Assembly: GCA_937950315.1 (NCBI GenBank)
Contig: CALFDU010000143.1
Location: 1 to 24,879 of the forward strand
Reading direction: 5' to 3'
DNA length: 24,879 nt
From: an uncultured Saprospiraceae bacterium
Lineage (GTDB): Bacteria; Bacteroidota; Bacteroidia; Chitinophagales; Saprospiraceae
Position numbers and translations under genes: made by a program. Below are positions 1 through 10,600 of this stretch, one piece after another. Within the stretch, counting starts at the first letter, position 1. Each line of letters starts with the position of its first letter. Below the pieces are notes generated by a model. That model worked only from the letters and a program-made list of their open reading frames with translations, was not told where the DNA came from and searched no databases.

Positions 1-281
1 CTGGACATTGGGTGTTTGCTATTGTGATTGAGCAGAGAAACAGTATGAATAATAAGACTGTTTTGAAAAAGTTATCCATTATTTTGAAATTTCCCTCAAA
101 GTACAACCAGTTTTGATGGTCGATTGCGAGAATAGAGCAACGGCAGATGGCGTTCAACCAACGGTTTTGGTCTAGGCGTAAAGATTACCAGATATAGTTG
201 TTTTCATCTCGCGATTTACTTGATCGGATAAGAAAATAAATATTTTAAGGAGCCCTTTCTTATTTGTTTCAAAATTATATC

Positions 282-2855
282 CTAGGCAGAATTCCTGCTC
301 GCATTAATATTACCATATAGCGAACGCGTTACAATCTTTTGATACAGTTCGGTAAACTCAGACTCTTGGTTTAAATGGAACAAGGCATTCTGTTGAATCA
401 CCAAAAGCGGCAGAACGATTTTCTCTCTTATTGCAATCGACTCTCTGGATACCAGCTCTTTTTCCATCAACACTTTGTGCCCTGATATCTCTTTTAACAT
501 CTCGATGGACAACATACATTCATCATACAACAACTGCCAAAACTCACCGAACTCAGGATCATTCTTCATGTATCGAGTAAGGTTAAAGTTTGTTTTTGCA
601 AGCGACATCATACTGTTTTTCATTAAGGCTCTGAAGAATGGAACATCATTAAACAGTTGTTTCATGTCATCCAATCTTCCATTATCGACCAAGGTTTTGA
701 TCGCTGTACCCAAGCCAAAATATCCAGGAACATTTTGCTTTAACTGACTCCATGATCCTACAAAAGAAATTGCACGTAAGTCTGACAAAGTCAACTGTTT
801 GCTTTTTCCCCGCTTACTCGGTCTACTACCGATATTCGCCATTGTATAGTACTTTAAGGTACTGCGTTGCTCGAGATAGGGAATAAATTTATCGTGCTTC
901 TTCAATGCATCGTATTTGGCAAAACTCAAGTTGGACAACTCTTCAATTAAATGTCTATTAGCCTCAGAGATCGTGTGCTTCTTCCCAAAAATATTATTGC
1001 TCAAGCCAGCAGTAAGCAATTGTTCTGCATTGTGCATAAATTGCTCGCGAGTACCATAAGTACTTGTGATGGTCTGACCTTGGATCGTCAATTGGATCTC
1101 GTGATTGGCGATGTCTTTTGTTTGCGCTGCATAGAATCGATGGGTCTTCCCTCCTCCTCTTGCCGGAGGTCCTCCTCGACCGTCAAAAAACACCGCGCGC
1201 ACACCATACTCTTTGCACACCTTACTTAAGGTTTCTTTTGTTTTCAATATCGACCAATTGGCTTTCAGGTATCCTCCGTCTTTGGTACCATCTGAAAATC
1301 CCAACATCATGGTCTGATGGTTTCCTCGTCTTTCTACATGCTTGCGCAAATCTTTTAGATCATAAAGCTTTCGCATAATGGTACCAGAATCTGCCATCCC
1401 TTTCATCGTCTCAAACAATGGTACAATATCAAAAGTAATATCAGATTCTTTCATTCCACACCACCTAAAGAGACCATAGACAAACAAGACGGAAAAGATG
1501 TCTTCAGAGTTGCTGATGATGTACCGATTTATTCCTGGCTCTCCGTTTCTACCTTGTAAGATTTTGAGTTGCTTGATGTTGTTAATGGTATCTTTTACAA
1601 CCGGATCTTCAAGCAGATCAACATTGATTGGTATCTCTTTGTGCATCAACCAATCGACCAATTCTTCTTCACTAAGTTCTTCCAGATTTTCTTTAATGGC
1701 ACCATGTGCTTTTAGAATTTCTGTAATGGTCAAATAGTGCTTGCTATGATCCTGACGAATATCAAGATTGGCAAAGTGCGTTTTAAAAATATGAACCTTA
1801 TCGATAAATTGATTCAATGGCTCAAGGTACAATCCATGATAGTCGCTGACCAATACCGTTCTTATTGATTCGAGTTTTTCTATGATGGTTTCATAAGAAA
1901 CGACACTTTCAGAATCAAACATTGCATTGTAAAGACTTGTTCTTAAGGATTCTAAATCGTCTTGGATTCCTGAGAAACTTAATTTCTTACTTAAGGCTTT
2001 CAGGTCATTGTAATAACACTTCATCAAGTTCATTCTCAACTCATCGGCAACTTGCTTGGTTGTTTCTGCAGTAACAAAAGGATTGCCATCACGATCTCCT
2101 CCTGGCCAAAAACCCAGTTTGATTAAATCAAAATTGTCAAAATTTTCTTCGCTTATATTTCCTTTGATGTACTGAAACAGATCACCGATGGCGTGGTAAT
2201 ATGTTTTACGCAAGATGTAAATAATATTCTGCGCTTCATTTAATGGTGTCGGCTTCTTGGAGTTCACCAAGGAGGTAAGACCCAATTGCTGTAGGGTTGT
2301 ATCTATCTCGTTGACACTGTTGTCATCGATCAGATTTCTCAATTCATCAATGATATCCAAAACACTCGAAGTATAAAACTGAGTCGGGTGTGCTGTCAAA
2401 ACAATACGGGCACTGAAGCTTGCCAGCTTCTCTTTAATCTTATCCCAGTTTTTATTTTGCTCTACCAATTCGAAGTAATCCTTGATGGATAATGAATCAG
2501 AATACGCTTGCAACTTTGGAAATGCAGCATCTTCTACACTATCGTATAATACTACTTGCCTTTCAACATACTGAATGATTCTAAACATAAAATCCAAGCG
2601 TTCCCGCTCATCTGGAATTTCACAATACTTGGTAAAAAAAGTATCAAGAATTGCTGTCGGACTTTCTCCTGCTTTCAACCCCGTTTCACATTGTTCAATC
2701 AATAGCGGAATCAGCATTCCTACATTTTTGATATTCCGATACGGCAAACTCAAAAACAAACTGTTGTAGATATTGAATTTGTTGGTTACCGACTTATTGA
2801 ATTCTTCTAAGCGCTTTTCTTGTTGTAATACATCCATGCTATAAAAATAGCACAT
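282..2855 (-). CDS. ppc: phosphoenolpyruvate carboxylase
   Basis: 857 aa. It has the PEPC signature VLTAHPTQ (canonical VxTAHPTE), a Gly-rich FFDGRGGPPARGGG loop (canonical FHGRGGxxGRGGG) and a GFSDGTKDGGYL motif (canonical GYSDSxKDxG). The length is typical of bacterial PEPC. Confidence 0.9.
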   Translation of the reverse strand: MCYFYSMDVLQQEKRLEEFNKSVTNKFNIYNSLFLSLPYRNIKNVGMLIPLLIEQCETGLKAGESPTAILDTFFTKYCEIPDERERLDFMFRIIQYVERQVVLYDSVEDAAFPKLQAYSDSLSIKDYFELVEQNKNWDKIKEKLASFSARIVLTAHPTQFYTSSVLDIIDELRNLIDDNSVNEIDTTLQQLGLTSLVNSKKPTPLNEAQNIIYILRKTYYHAIGDLFQYIKGNISEENFDNFDLIKLGFWPGGDRDGNPFVTAETTKQVADELRMNLMKCYYNDLKALSKKLSFSGIQDDLESLRTSLYNAMFDSESVVSYETIIEKLESIRTVLVSDYHGLYLEPLNQFIDKVHIFKTHFANLDIRQDHSKHYLTITEILKAHGAIKENLEELSEEELVDWLMHKEIPINVDLLEDPVVKDTINNIKQLKILQGRNGEPGINRYIISNSEDIFSVLFVYGLFRWCGMKESDITFDIVPLFETMKGMADSGTIMRKLYDLKDLRKHVERRGNHQTMMLGFSDGTKDGGYLKANWSILKTKETLSKVCKEYGVRAVFFDGRGGPPARGGGKTHRFYAAQTKDIANHEIQLTIQGQTITSTYGTREQFMHNAEQLLTAGLSNNIFGKKHTISEANRHLIEELSNLSFAKYDALKKHDKFIPYLEQRSTLKYYTMANIGSRPSKRGKSKQLTLSDLRAISFVGSWSQLKQNVPGYFGLGTAIKTLVDNGRLDDMKQLFNDVPFFRALMKNSMMSLAKTNFNLTRYMKNDPEFGEFWQLLYDECMLSIEMLKEISGHKVLMEKELVSRESIAIREKIVLPLLVIQQNALFHLNQESEFTELYQKIVTRSLYGNINASRNSA

Positions 2856-3017
2856 TAAAAAATAGCATTCCTTAGAAAGTGTAAAAAGTACACTATTTGA
2901 GAGATTTATTTTGAGACTTTGTATAAAATCAACTTATGAGCATGATTATCTCGCTTGCGCAAATGTTTATAGTCGACTTCTTACAATCTATTGTTAAGTT
3001 ATAAAGAGAATTCGTTT

Positions 3018-3878
3018 CTACATCCGAAGCAGAGAATTATGTACATCGATGGTTGAAGGAATTTCTACCCCATTTTCATTTGCCACTTTTACTATTGCGC
3101 CTGTCTTCGCATCTATCTCAATTTGATTGCCCGCAAGTTTATCAGAAAGCATGGAACTTCCTTTTTCAGGTGGGTAGTTCTTTAATCGTGTGAGTAATTC
3201 CGTTTTATAATCGAGATCGAGTATTACTCCATCAGAGGATGCCACTTGTATTCCCTCGTCAATCAGCAGATTATAAAGGTCATACCATTTTTCCTCTTGA
3301 AAAATCACACAAGGTTGATTGGTTATGGTTTGAATCGCACCCAACGAGGCACTTTCAATTAATTTTTCCCATTGCATTTTTAAGAAGGCTTCTGTTTCTT
3401 CTACTTCTATATCGCTCAAGGCAAATAGGCTTTTGAATTCCACAGCGATCTTTGATGTAGCTAAGGTAATTTTGGGTTTTCGCAATTGTATATATTCACC
3501 TTTGCTATTTCTTTGGGTGGGACAATCGATGATGGTTTCCAAAATTTTCTCCTTACTTATGATATCTAAAACATTTGACGAAAGTCTAATTCCATTTCTA
3601 AAGATTGCCAATTTGGTATGTGGCTTAATAAGATTTTGGATTTCAGGAATGGCTGCTTCGTAATGATACTCTTTTAAACAAACGATCAACCAATCCAACG
3701 CGAGATCATCGCTTGACATTTGCGGAAGCGGAATAATAGAAAGCTTGTCTTCAAACAATACTTTGGTTTCAGATCTAGATCCTCTTGTGAAGTAGAAATA
3801 ATTAGGTTCATTGTTTGCCAATAAATATTTAGCGAGTACTGACCCAATGGCTCCGATTCCAAAAATACCTACTTGCAT
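3018..3878 (-). CDS. 2-dehydropantoate 2-reductase (ketopantoate reductase, ApbA/PanE) family protein
   Basis: 286 aa. N-terminal Rossmann motif MQVGIFGIGAIGSVLA. C-terminal SSMLSDKLAGNQIEIDAKTG resembles the conserved KPR motif SSMLQDxxxGRxTEIDxxNG. Confidence 0.65.
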   Translation of the reverse strand: MQVGIFGIGAIGSVLAKYLLANNEPNYFYFTRGSRSETKVLFEDKLSIIPLPQMSSDDLALDWLIVCLKEYHYEAAIPEIQNLIKPHTKLAIFRNGIRLSSNVLDIISKEKILETIIDCPTQRNSKGEYIQLRKPKITLATSKIAVEFKSLFALSDIEVEETEAFLKMQWEKLIESASLGAIQTITNQPCVIFQEEKWYDLYNLLIDEGIQVASSDGVILDLDYKTELLTRLKNYPPEKGSSMLSDKLAGNQIEIDAKTGAIVKVANENGVEIPSTIDVHNSLLRM

Positions 3879-4055
3879 CGATTGCGTGATTTTGATTCAT
3901 AAGATACATCAATCGAATAGATACAGAATCTTTTTGAAGAAATTATATTTGGCGAAAGCCTATAAAAAATTCATGCAACGAAATTAAAGTACTATCGATT
4001 GAATTAAAATAAACTTTACATCAAAGTATTTTTTGCTTGGGAACTTTAGTCTATA

Positions 4056-4640
4056 TTGAATTCGTTATCATATAAATCAAGACTTACAAAAATGGAAACT
4101 TTCACTGACATCCTTTTCTGGGTATCTATATTTTCGGGTGGACTGCTTATTCTTTTAATGCTACTTTCATTGATCGGCGGACTAGACCTCGACGTTGATC
4201 TGGAACTCGGATCACCAGATGTAGAAACGGATGCTGGAGGCCTAGGACTTATAAAAGGATTTCTGACTTTTATCTCTACAAGTTCTTGGGTAATCAAAAT
4301 CTTGATTGTCACAAAACAAAATATATGGTTGGCAACGGCGATGGGAATTGCTGTCGGTATTATATGTTTTATCATACTCAACTACATCTTCAAACTATTG
4401 CTCAAGAACGAATCCAATGTAAATTGGAACATGGATGATGCCTTGTTTCAAAAAGGAAAAGTGTATCTGAAAGTACCTCCTGCTGAGGAAGGCTCTGGCA
4501 TTGTGCAAATCGAAATCAATGGAGCGCTGAGAGAAATCAAAGCAAAATCAAAAGATGAAATGGAGGTTAAAACCGGCGAGCCTATAAGAGTGGTAGACGT
4601 CAAAGGTGAGTACGTGATTGTAGAAAAGGAAACATTATAA
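4056..4640 (+). CDS. NfeD-like membrane protein (short form), flotillin partner
   Basis: 194 aa. Several N-terminal TM helices are followed by a soluble C-terminal beta-rich segment (KGKVYLKVPP...GEPIRVVDVKGEYVIVEKE), consistent with the NfeD OB-fold. It ends 18 bp upstream of an SPFH/flotillin gene, which is the canonical yuaF–yuaG-type arrangement. Confidence 0.65.
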   Translation: MNSLSYKSRLTKMETFTDILFWVSIFSGGLLILLMLLSLIGGLDLDVDLELGSPDVETDAGGLGLIKGFLTFISTSSWVIKILIVTKQNIWLATAMGIAVGIICFIILNYIFKLLLKNESNVNWNMDDALFQKGKVYLKVPPAEEGSGIVQIEINGALREIKAKSKDEMEVKTGEPIRVVDVKGEYVIVEKETL

Positions 4641-4658
4641 ACCAAAAATATTTATAGA

Positions 4659-6263
4659 ATGAATGAATTCTTAATCCTAGGTGCCTTTTTTGTTGTACTA
4701 CTTCTTTTACTCATTGTCTGGTTTATATCCAGGTACAAAAGATGTCCGTCCGATAAAATTCTTGTGGTATATGGAAAGACCAGCGGGAGTCAATCTTCCA
4801 AATGTTATGCAGGTGGAGCTACATTCGTGTGGCCAGTAATTCAAGACTACCGATTTCTTGATCTTACACCAATCAGCATAGATGTCAACTTACAAGATGC
4901 TTTGTCTAAGCAAAATATCCGGGTTTCTGTTCCAGCTCAATTTACAGTTGGGATTAGCAACAAACCAAACTTGATGATTGCAGCTGCGGAAAGATTGTTG
5001 GCACTTGAGCAACCAGCAATAAGAGCATTGGCACACGATATTATTATGGGTCAGATGAGATTGGTGATTGCCAATATGGATATTGAAGAGTTGAATACCG
5101 ATAGAGATAAGTTTGTCGAATCAGTATATCGAAATGTAGGAAACGAATTAAATAAAATCGGACTTGAATTGATCAACGTAAACGTTACGGATATTCAGGA
5201 TGAGTCTGGTTACATACAGGCATTGGGTAAGGAAGCGGCTGCAAAAGCAATCAATGATGCCAAGATCAAAGTGGCCAACGAGGAACGTACCGGTGCCATT
5301 GGTCAAGCAGAAGCACAACAGGATCAAAGAACGAAGGTTGCCGATGCAAATTCAAGAGCGGAAATCGGAGAGGCAAACGCCAATCAGATACAGAGAATAA
5401 AAATATCGGAAGCAAACTCTATGGCAGATATCGGAGAAGCACAATCTCTCGAGAGGCAAAGAATTAATGTTGCAGAAGCAAATTCAAGAGCAGAAATCGG
5501 GGAAGCAGAAGCAACAGCGATTGCCATCGAAGGAAAAAACACAGCCAACATTAAGATCGCCAATTCCAATGCACAAAAAGATATCGAGATAGCAGAAGCA
5601 GAAAGAAAAGCGACTGCAGCAAGAAAAGTTGCGGCTGCCAAAGCATTGCAAGAAGCCTATACTGCAGAAAAGCAAGCGGAGGATGCCAGAGCAAAAATGG
5701 AGCTGGCCAAGAAGCAGGCCGACATCGTTGTCGATGCTGATATCGAGAAGCAGAAAGCCATCATCGCAGCACAAGCGGAGGCTGAACGTGAAAGAGAAAC
5801 AGCCAAAGGTCAGGCAGACGCTGTACTCGCCACTTACATGGCGCAAGCTGAAGGTCAAGAAGCATTACTTACCAAGCAAGCAGAAGGTTTTAAGAAATTG
5901 GTAGATGCAGCAGGAGGTGATCCACAGTCTGCTATCGGTTACCTAATGATTGACAAATTGACAGAGCTTGCAAAAATTCAAACTTCAGCAATTCAAGATC
6001 TGGAGATTGATAAGGTGATTGTTTATGACAACGGAAATGGGCAGAGCGTAGGAAACTTTGTGCAAGGATTGTATGGCATGATGCCACAATTGAACGACTT
6101 CCTTTCACAAAGTGGAATGAGTCTTCCTGAAGCCTTGGTTTCTGGAATGAAAGATGATGAAAAGCCAGTAGAAGCGGTCGCGGAGCAGAAAGTGACGAGG
6201 CAAGTGCCTCCTCCACCACCAGCAAAAGAAGCAGATAGTGATGATGCTATCGTGACTGAATAA
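4659..6263 (+). CDS. flotillin-like SPFH/Band-7 domain protein (FloT/YuaG type)
   Basis: 534 aa. N-terminal membrane anchor (LILGAFFVVLLLLLIVWFI), an SPFH domain, then a long Ala/Glu-rich coiled-coil flotillin region with 22-aa repeats (ANSRAEIGEA...). The C-terminal tail is Pro-rich and acidic. Confidence 0.85.
   Translation: MNEFLILGAFFVVLLLLLIVWFISRYKRCPSDKILVVYGKTSGSQSSKCYAGGATFVWPVIQDYRFLDLTPISIDVNLQDALSKQNIRVSVPAQFTVGISNKPNLMIAAAERLLALEQPAIRALAHDIIMGQMRLVIANMDIEELNTDRDKFVESVYRNVGNELNKIGLELINVNVTDIQDESGYIQALGKEAAAKAINDAKIKVANEERTGAIGQAEAQQDQRTKVADANSRAEIGEANANQIQRIKISEANSMADIGEAQSLERQRINVAEANSRAEIGEAEATAIAIEGKNTANIKIANSNAQKDIEIAEAERKATAARKVAAAKALQEAYTAEKQAEDARAKMELAKKQADIVVDADIEKQKAIIAAQAEAERERETAKGQADAVLATYMAQAEGQEALLTKQAEGFKKLVDAAGGDPQSAIGYLMIDKLTELAKIQTSAIQDLEIDKVIVYDNGNGQSVGNFVQGLYGMMPQLNDFLSQSGMSLPEALVSGMKDDEKPVEAVAEQKVTRQVPPPPPAKEADSDDAIVTE
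5346..5543 (+). repeat. three in-frame 66-nt tandem repeats (22-aa flotillin A/E repeats) inside the flotillin CDS
   Basis: The 30-nt core gcaaattcaagagcRgaaatcggRgaRgca recurs at 5346 and 5478, with a diverged copy at 5412. The period is exactly 66 nt. The encoded units are ANSRAEIGEANANQIQRIKISE, ANSMADIGEAQSLERQRINVAE and ANSRAEIGEAEATAIAIEGKNT. Confidence 0.8.
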
Positions 6264-6270
6264 ATAATAA

Positions 6271-6302
6271 AAGCCTAATCAAGATAGAAATTGATTAGGC
6301 TT
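6271..6302. terminator. bidirectional intrinsic (rho-independent) terminator between convergent flotillin and OMF genes
   Basis: Perfect 12-bp inverted repeat aagcctaatcaa / ttgattaggctt with an 8-nt loop. It is flanked by an A-rich tract upstream (taaataataaa) and a T-run downstream (tttttcttttt), so it is suited to terminate both convergent transcripts. Confidence 0.8.
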
Positions 6303-6315
6303 TTTCTTTTTAACA

Positions 6316-7632
6316 CTATTTACCCAACAAATAATCCAACTCCACTTCCAACAATTTGGCAGAAGTCCTTGCGATAAAATATTGTGATTGGGCATTGATT
6401 AGATTCAGTTGTGCTTGCCTAAATTCAACAGAGCTTTGCTGCCCATTTTCATACAATGTTTTAACCAACTCAAAGTTTACTCGGTTGGTAGCAATGTTTT
6501 GCTTTTCGATTTGCATCGTGAGTACATTGTTTTGATAGGAATTCCACAGACGATTCAACTGAGTGGTTAATTCATTTTCTTTGGTACGCAGATCAATGAG
6601 AGCTGTTTTTTGATTGATCACTGCGAGTTGTTCTTGTAATTTTCTTTGTCCACCATCCAAAATATTCCAATTGGCACTTAAGCCTAGGTTCAATCCGTTG
6701 GTACGGTTTAGGTCTATCTGAGAAATCGATGAATTTTTCTGAAAGTTGAGACCGTAACCTCCGTTGGCTAGAACTTGCGGGCCGTTTATTTTACTGGCAA
6801 TATCTGCATCAAACTGAACAAGTTCGATGTTTTTCTCGAGGGCAATCAATTCGGTATTGTTATCCAACAGTTGCGTACGCAATTCGTCGAAGGTTGCCAA
6901 TTGATACATCAAGGTAAAGGAAGTATCTACTTGGTAATCTGTATCTTCTCTTAAAATCAACTGATTCAATTGCCATTTTAAATTTTCAATGTTGTTTTCT
7001 ACCGAAAGTAGATTTAGACTATCTCGTGCAACATCCACCTCAGCATTCAATACATCGACCTTACTTTGGTTTCCGTATTGGTAGTAAGTTTCAGCTCGTT
7101 TTAGTCGTTCATTGGAAATCTGTAGTGATTCTTTTAGTAGGTCGATGTTGTATCTGGCTTGCACTATGTTGTAATACACTTGGGATGCATTAAATCCTAG
7201 CAACTGATTGATATTGTCTATCTGCAGTTGAGCAAAATCTACATTGTTTTCATTTTTCTCATTCGTCAATTTTCTTTGTCCACCATCATAAATCAGATAT
7301 GACGAATTGATACTTGCATTGGCGGTACCGGCTTGGATATTTTGAATATCTATATCAGGAAAGTTAAAGTTAAACACCTGTTTGATTCCATTCAAGTTAT
7401 AGCCTAGTCCTGCACTAAGTCCTAGTGTGGGCATATAGCCTTGATTGTATTTGGATGTCAGCACTTTGGCTGTCTCCAGATTTTGTCTTGCCGCTTGTAG
7501 ATCGTAATTGTTTTTTTCGACTTCTGATAAAACTTGATCAACGGTTAGAATGGTTTGTCCTTGTAGATTGATGGACAATTGTAACAAACAAAACAAACTA
7601 AGAAAAAAGGTATGTACTCTATTCATCGTCAA
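6316..7632 (-). CDS. TolC-like outer membrane efflux protein (OMF) of an RND system
   Basis: 438 aa with an N-terminal signal peptide (FFLSLFCLLQLSINLQGQ). Two internally repeated halves rich in predicted coiled-coil/helical segments are typical of the OEP family. It is the last gene of the MFP-RND-OMF operon and overlaps the RND gene by 14 bp. Confidence 0.8.
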   Translation of the reverse strand: MTMNRVHTFFLSLFCLLQLSINLQGQTILTVDQVLSEVEKNNYDLQAARQNLETAKVLTSKYNQGYMPTLGLSAGLGYNLNGIKQVFNFNFPDIDIQNIQAGTANASINSSYLIYDGGQRKLTNEKNENNVDFAQLQIDNINQLLGFNASQVYYNIVQARYNIDLLKESLQISNERLKRAETYYQYGNQSKVDVLNAEVDVARDSLNLLSVENNIENLKWQLNQLILREDTDYQVDTSFTLMYQLATFDELRTQLLDNNTELIALEKNIELVQFDADIASKINGPQVLANGGYGLNFQKNSSISQIDLNRTNGLNLGLSANWNILDGGQRKLQEQLAVINQKTALIDLRTKENELTTQLNRLWNSYQNNVLTMQIEKQNIATNRVNFELVKTLYENGQQSSVEFRQAQLNLINAQSQYFIARTSAKLLEVELDYLLGK

Positions 7633-10600
7633 AGTGTTTCAAATTTTCTTTCTCTTTATATGCTCCTTCTAGTTCATGTCTTATTGGTTTTACACCATTA
7701 TAAAACCATGACCAATAGAATTTTATATCATTGCTTAGATACAGCATCAATGGTAAGAGATAGAGTGTCAAAAATGTGGCTATTCCTATTCCATAGGCAA
7801 TGGAGATTGCCATTGGTATCAAAAATTGTGCTTGGAAACTTGTTTCAAAAATCAAAGGAGCCAAACCAGCAATCGTAGTGATTGATGTCAAAAATATCGC
7901 ACGGAATCTTGAAAGCCCTGCAGTGTAAATCGCCTTTTCGAAGGTGTAACCTTGCTTGATAAAGGAATTGTATTTCACAATGAGCACCAGTCCATCGTTG
8001 ACCATAATTCCAATCAAAGCAATGATTCCCAAGAATGACAAAATGTTGATCGGGAAGTTATGAATCTCATGTCCCCATCCCACTCCTATCATACTAAAAG
8101 GCACCATCAGAAGAATCAACAATGGCTGTATATATGATCTAAAAGTGAATGCAATCACTCCATAAATCAGCAATAAGATTACAGGCGCCACTTTCTTAAT
8201 GGACACTTGAAATTTGCTAGCCTCTCTATTCTGGCCTTCATACAATGGAGTTACAGATGGATATTTGGTCAACAAAGTAGGAATAAACTCTGCTCTCAAA
8301 TTATCCAAAATATCCGGAGCACTGTCTTTATTGTCTACCAGATCGGCCGATACTTGAATCTCTCTTCTTCCATTCAAGTGATTGATAGCAACTTCACCTC
8401 TGGCAATCTCATAGGTTGCGATCTCACTCAGTGGCACACGGGTTCCCATCGGTGATAATACTTCCATATTGTCAAGATCACTGATACTATTCCTTCCTTC
8501 ACTTTCAAATCTAACATACACACGTATCTCATCTCTACCACGTTGAAACCTTTGCGCTTGACGCCCAAAAAATCCAGAACGCACTTGAGAAATCAATCCT
8601 TCCAAAGTGAAGCCCAGCATATAAGCATTGGGTTTTAACTTTAATTTTACCTCCTTGATTCCAAGCGGATCATTGTCACTAATATCTTTCAACTGAGCCA
8701 GACTATTCAACTTTTCCTTCAGCTCTGCTTTGGCTCCTTTGAGTTCTTCTATGTTGTTTCCAGTCAAAGAAATGGAAATCGGTCGTCCACCAAAATTGGT
8801 GTTGGCACCAAAGGTCAATCGCTCTACTCCTGGAATCGTACCCACACGTTCTCTGATGTTATTTGAAATATCGTCGGCTGAAAGATCACGTTCTTCCCCT
8901 GGCAACAAATTGATGACGATGCTGGCTGTACTTGATCCAGGACCAATTCTACGAAGGGTATTTTTAATGATGTCGACTTGTCCTGTTTGTTGTTCTTTCA
9001 ATTCATCGTTGGATGCCCAGACATCGTTTTCTATGCCTTCGATGATTTCATTCGTAATCTGTTCGTTGGTTCCTTGTGGCATCTTCAGATTTACTTGAAT
9101 GACATCACTGGCGATCGAAGGGAAAAAAGTAAAACGTATCACACCTCCTTGAATCGCAGAAATTGTAATCATAAATAATCCGATCGGAATCACAAAACCC
9201 AAAAATCGATTCTTCAAGATAAATCGCAAAGAAGGTGCGTACAGTTTCTCTCTGATCCACTTTAAAATTTTATCACCAAAACGATTGATCGCAAAAGAGC
9301 CACCATCTTTTTTCAAGGCATTGGAATGCGCAAGGTGAGCAGGTAAAATCAACAAAGCTTCAATCAAAGAAACCGACAAGGTCAATACTACAACAGCCGC
9401 TACCTCACCAAAGAAACTCCCCACTCTACTATCCAAAAAGAAGAAGGTTGAAAAAGCCAATACGGTAGTAATGATTGCCGACATGATCGCTGGCAATACA
9501 TCCATTGTTCCATCTATAGCAGCCTTCATGGGTGACTTGCCTTTTTCGTATTCATTGTAGATATTCTCTGCAATTACAATTCCGTCATCTACCAGTATCC
9601 CGATTACAATGATCATGGCAAACAAAGAAAGTACGTTGATGGTCACTCCAATGTAGGGAGCAAAAATAAACATCCCTAAAAACGAAATAGGCAGACCAAA
9701 TGCTACCCAAAATGCAAGTGTCGGTTTAAGAAATATAGAAAGTAAAAGCAAGACCAAAAAGATTCCGACCAAACCATTCTCACGCAATAACTCCGTACGC
9801 TGTTTTAATGTAACAGACGAATCTCTACTGACATTCAACTTTATGTTTGGACTTTCTTCATTGTATTTCTCCATGTACTCCAAAACACTATCGGCATTGG
9901 CGACCAAGTCTTCATTGTTGGTTGCATATACATTGAATGAGATGGCAGGTGATCCGTTGTAAAAAAGACGATTGGGGTTTTCTTCCCATCTGTCTTTGAT
10001 GCTTGCTACATCTTTTAGATACACAATGTTGCCAGAGGCATCAGCACGTAAAACAATGTTTTCAAAATTTATCGCATCGTAATATTTGTTGTTGGCCCTG
10101 ATCAAGAATTCTTCTTGTTCTGTTTTTATAGATCCACCTGTTGACAACAAGTTGGTCTGAGAAACCGCTGCGGCTACTTGATTAAAAGTAAGGTCGTATG
10201 CTTTTAGCTGTTGGTCTTTTACTGCGATTTCTATTTCTTCATTTGGGAAACCGTTTAGTTCGACTTGAGAAATCCCAGGCATGGTACGCACATCGTCTTC
10301 AATAGAACGCGCCACTTTTTTCAATGTACGCAGGTCAATTTCTCTGCCACTGACGGTAAAGCTGATGGCTTGCTGGATACTTTCTACTTTGGAAACCTGA
10401 GGTGGTTCCATTCCGCTTGGAAAATTGGGCACTCGGTCAACTGCGTTCTTGACATCCGCCAAGATTACGTCAATATCAAAATCTTTAAGGATCTCAACAG
10501 TAACGGTTGCTGCATTTTCTGAGGACACGGAAGTTATTCTGTCTATACCTACCAATCCCTTTAGGTTGTCTTCAATCTTCAAGACGACCCCTTCTTCTAT

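Noticed and set aside
1-281. Open frame from the left window edge to about position 115 on the plus strand, and a 23-codon ATG ORF at about 45-116
   Set aside because: It is too short and featureless to call. It could be the 3' end of a gene lying before the window, but there is no motif to support that.
4046-4381. 111-aa minus-strand ORF overlapping the NfeD gene
   Set aside because: It is a shadow ORF antisense to a membrane-protein gene and has no independent support.
5346-5543. Regularly spaced 66-nt repeats considered as a possible CRISPR-like or tandem-repeat array
   Set aside because: The repeats are in-frame and coding. They encode the canonical 22-aa flotillin A/E repeats. The units between the conserved cores are not unique spacers, there are no cas genes, and the region is not non-coding.
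5384-5858. Two minus-strand ORFs (85 and 124 aa) inside the flotillin gene
   Set aside because: They are antisense to the A/E-repeat region. The Ala/Glu codon-rich repeats are simply open on the opposite strand. The translations are Cys/Phe/Ser-rich low-complexity sequence.
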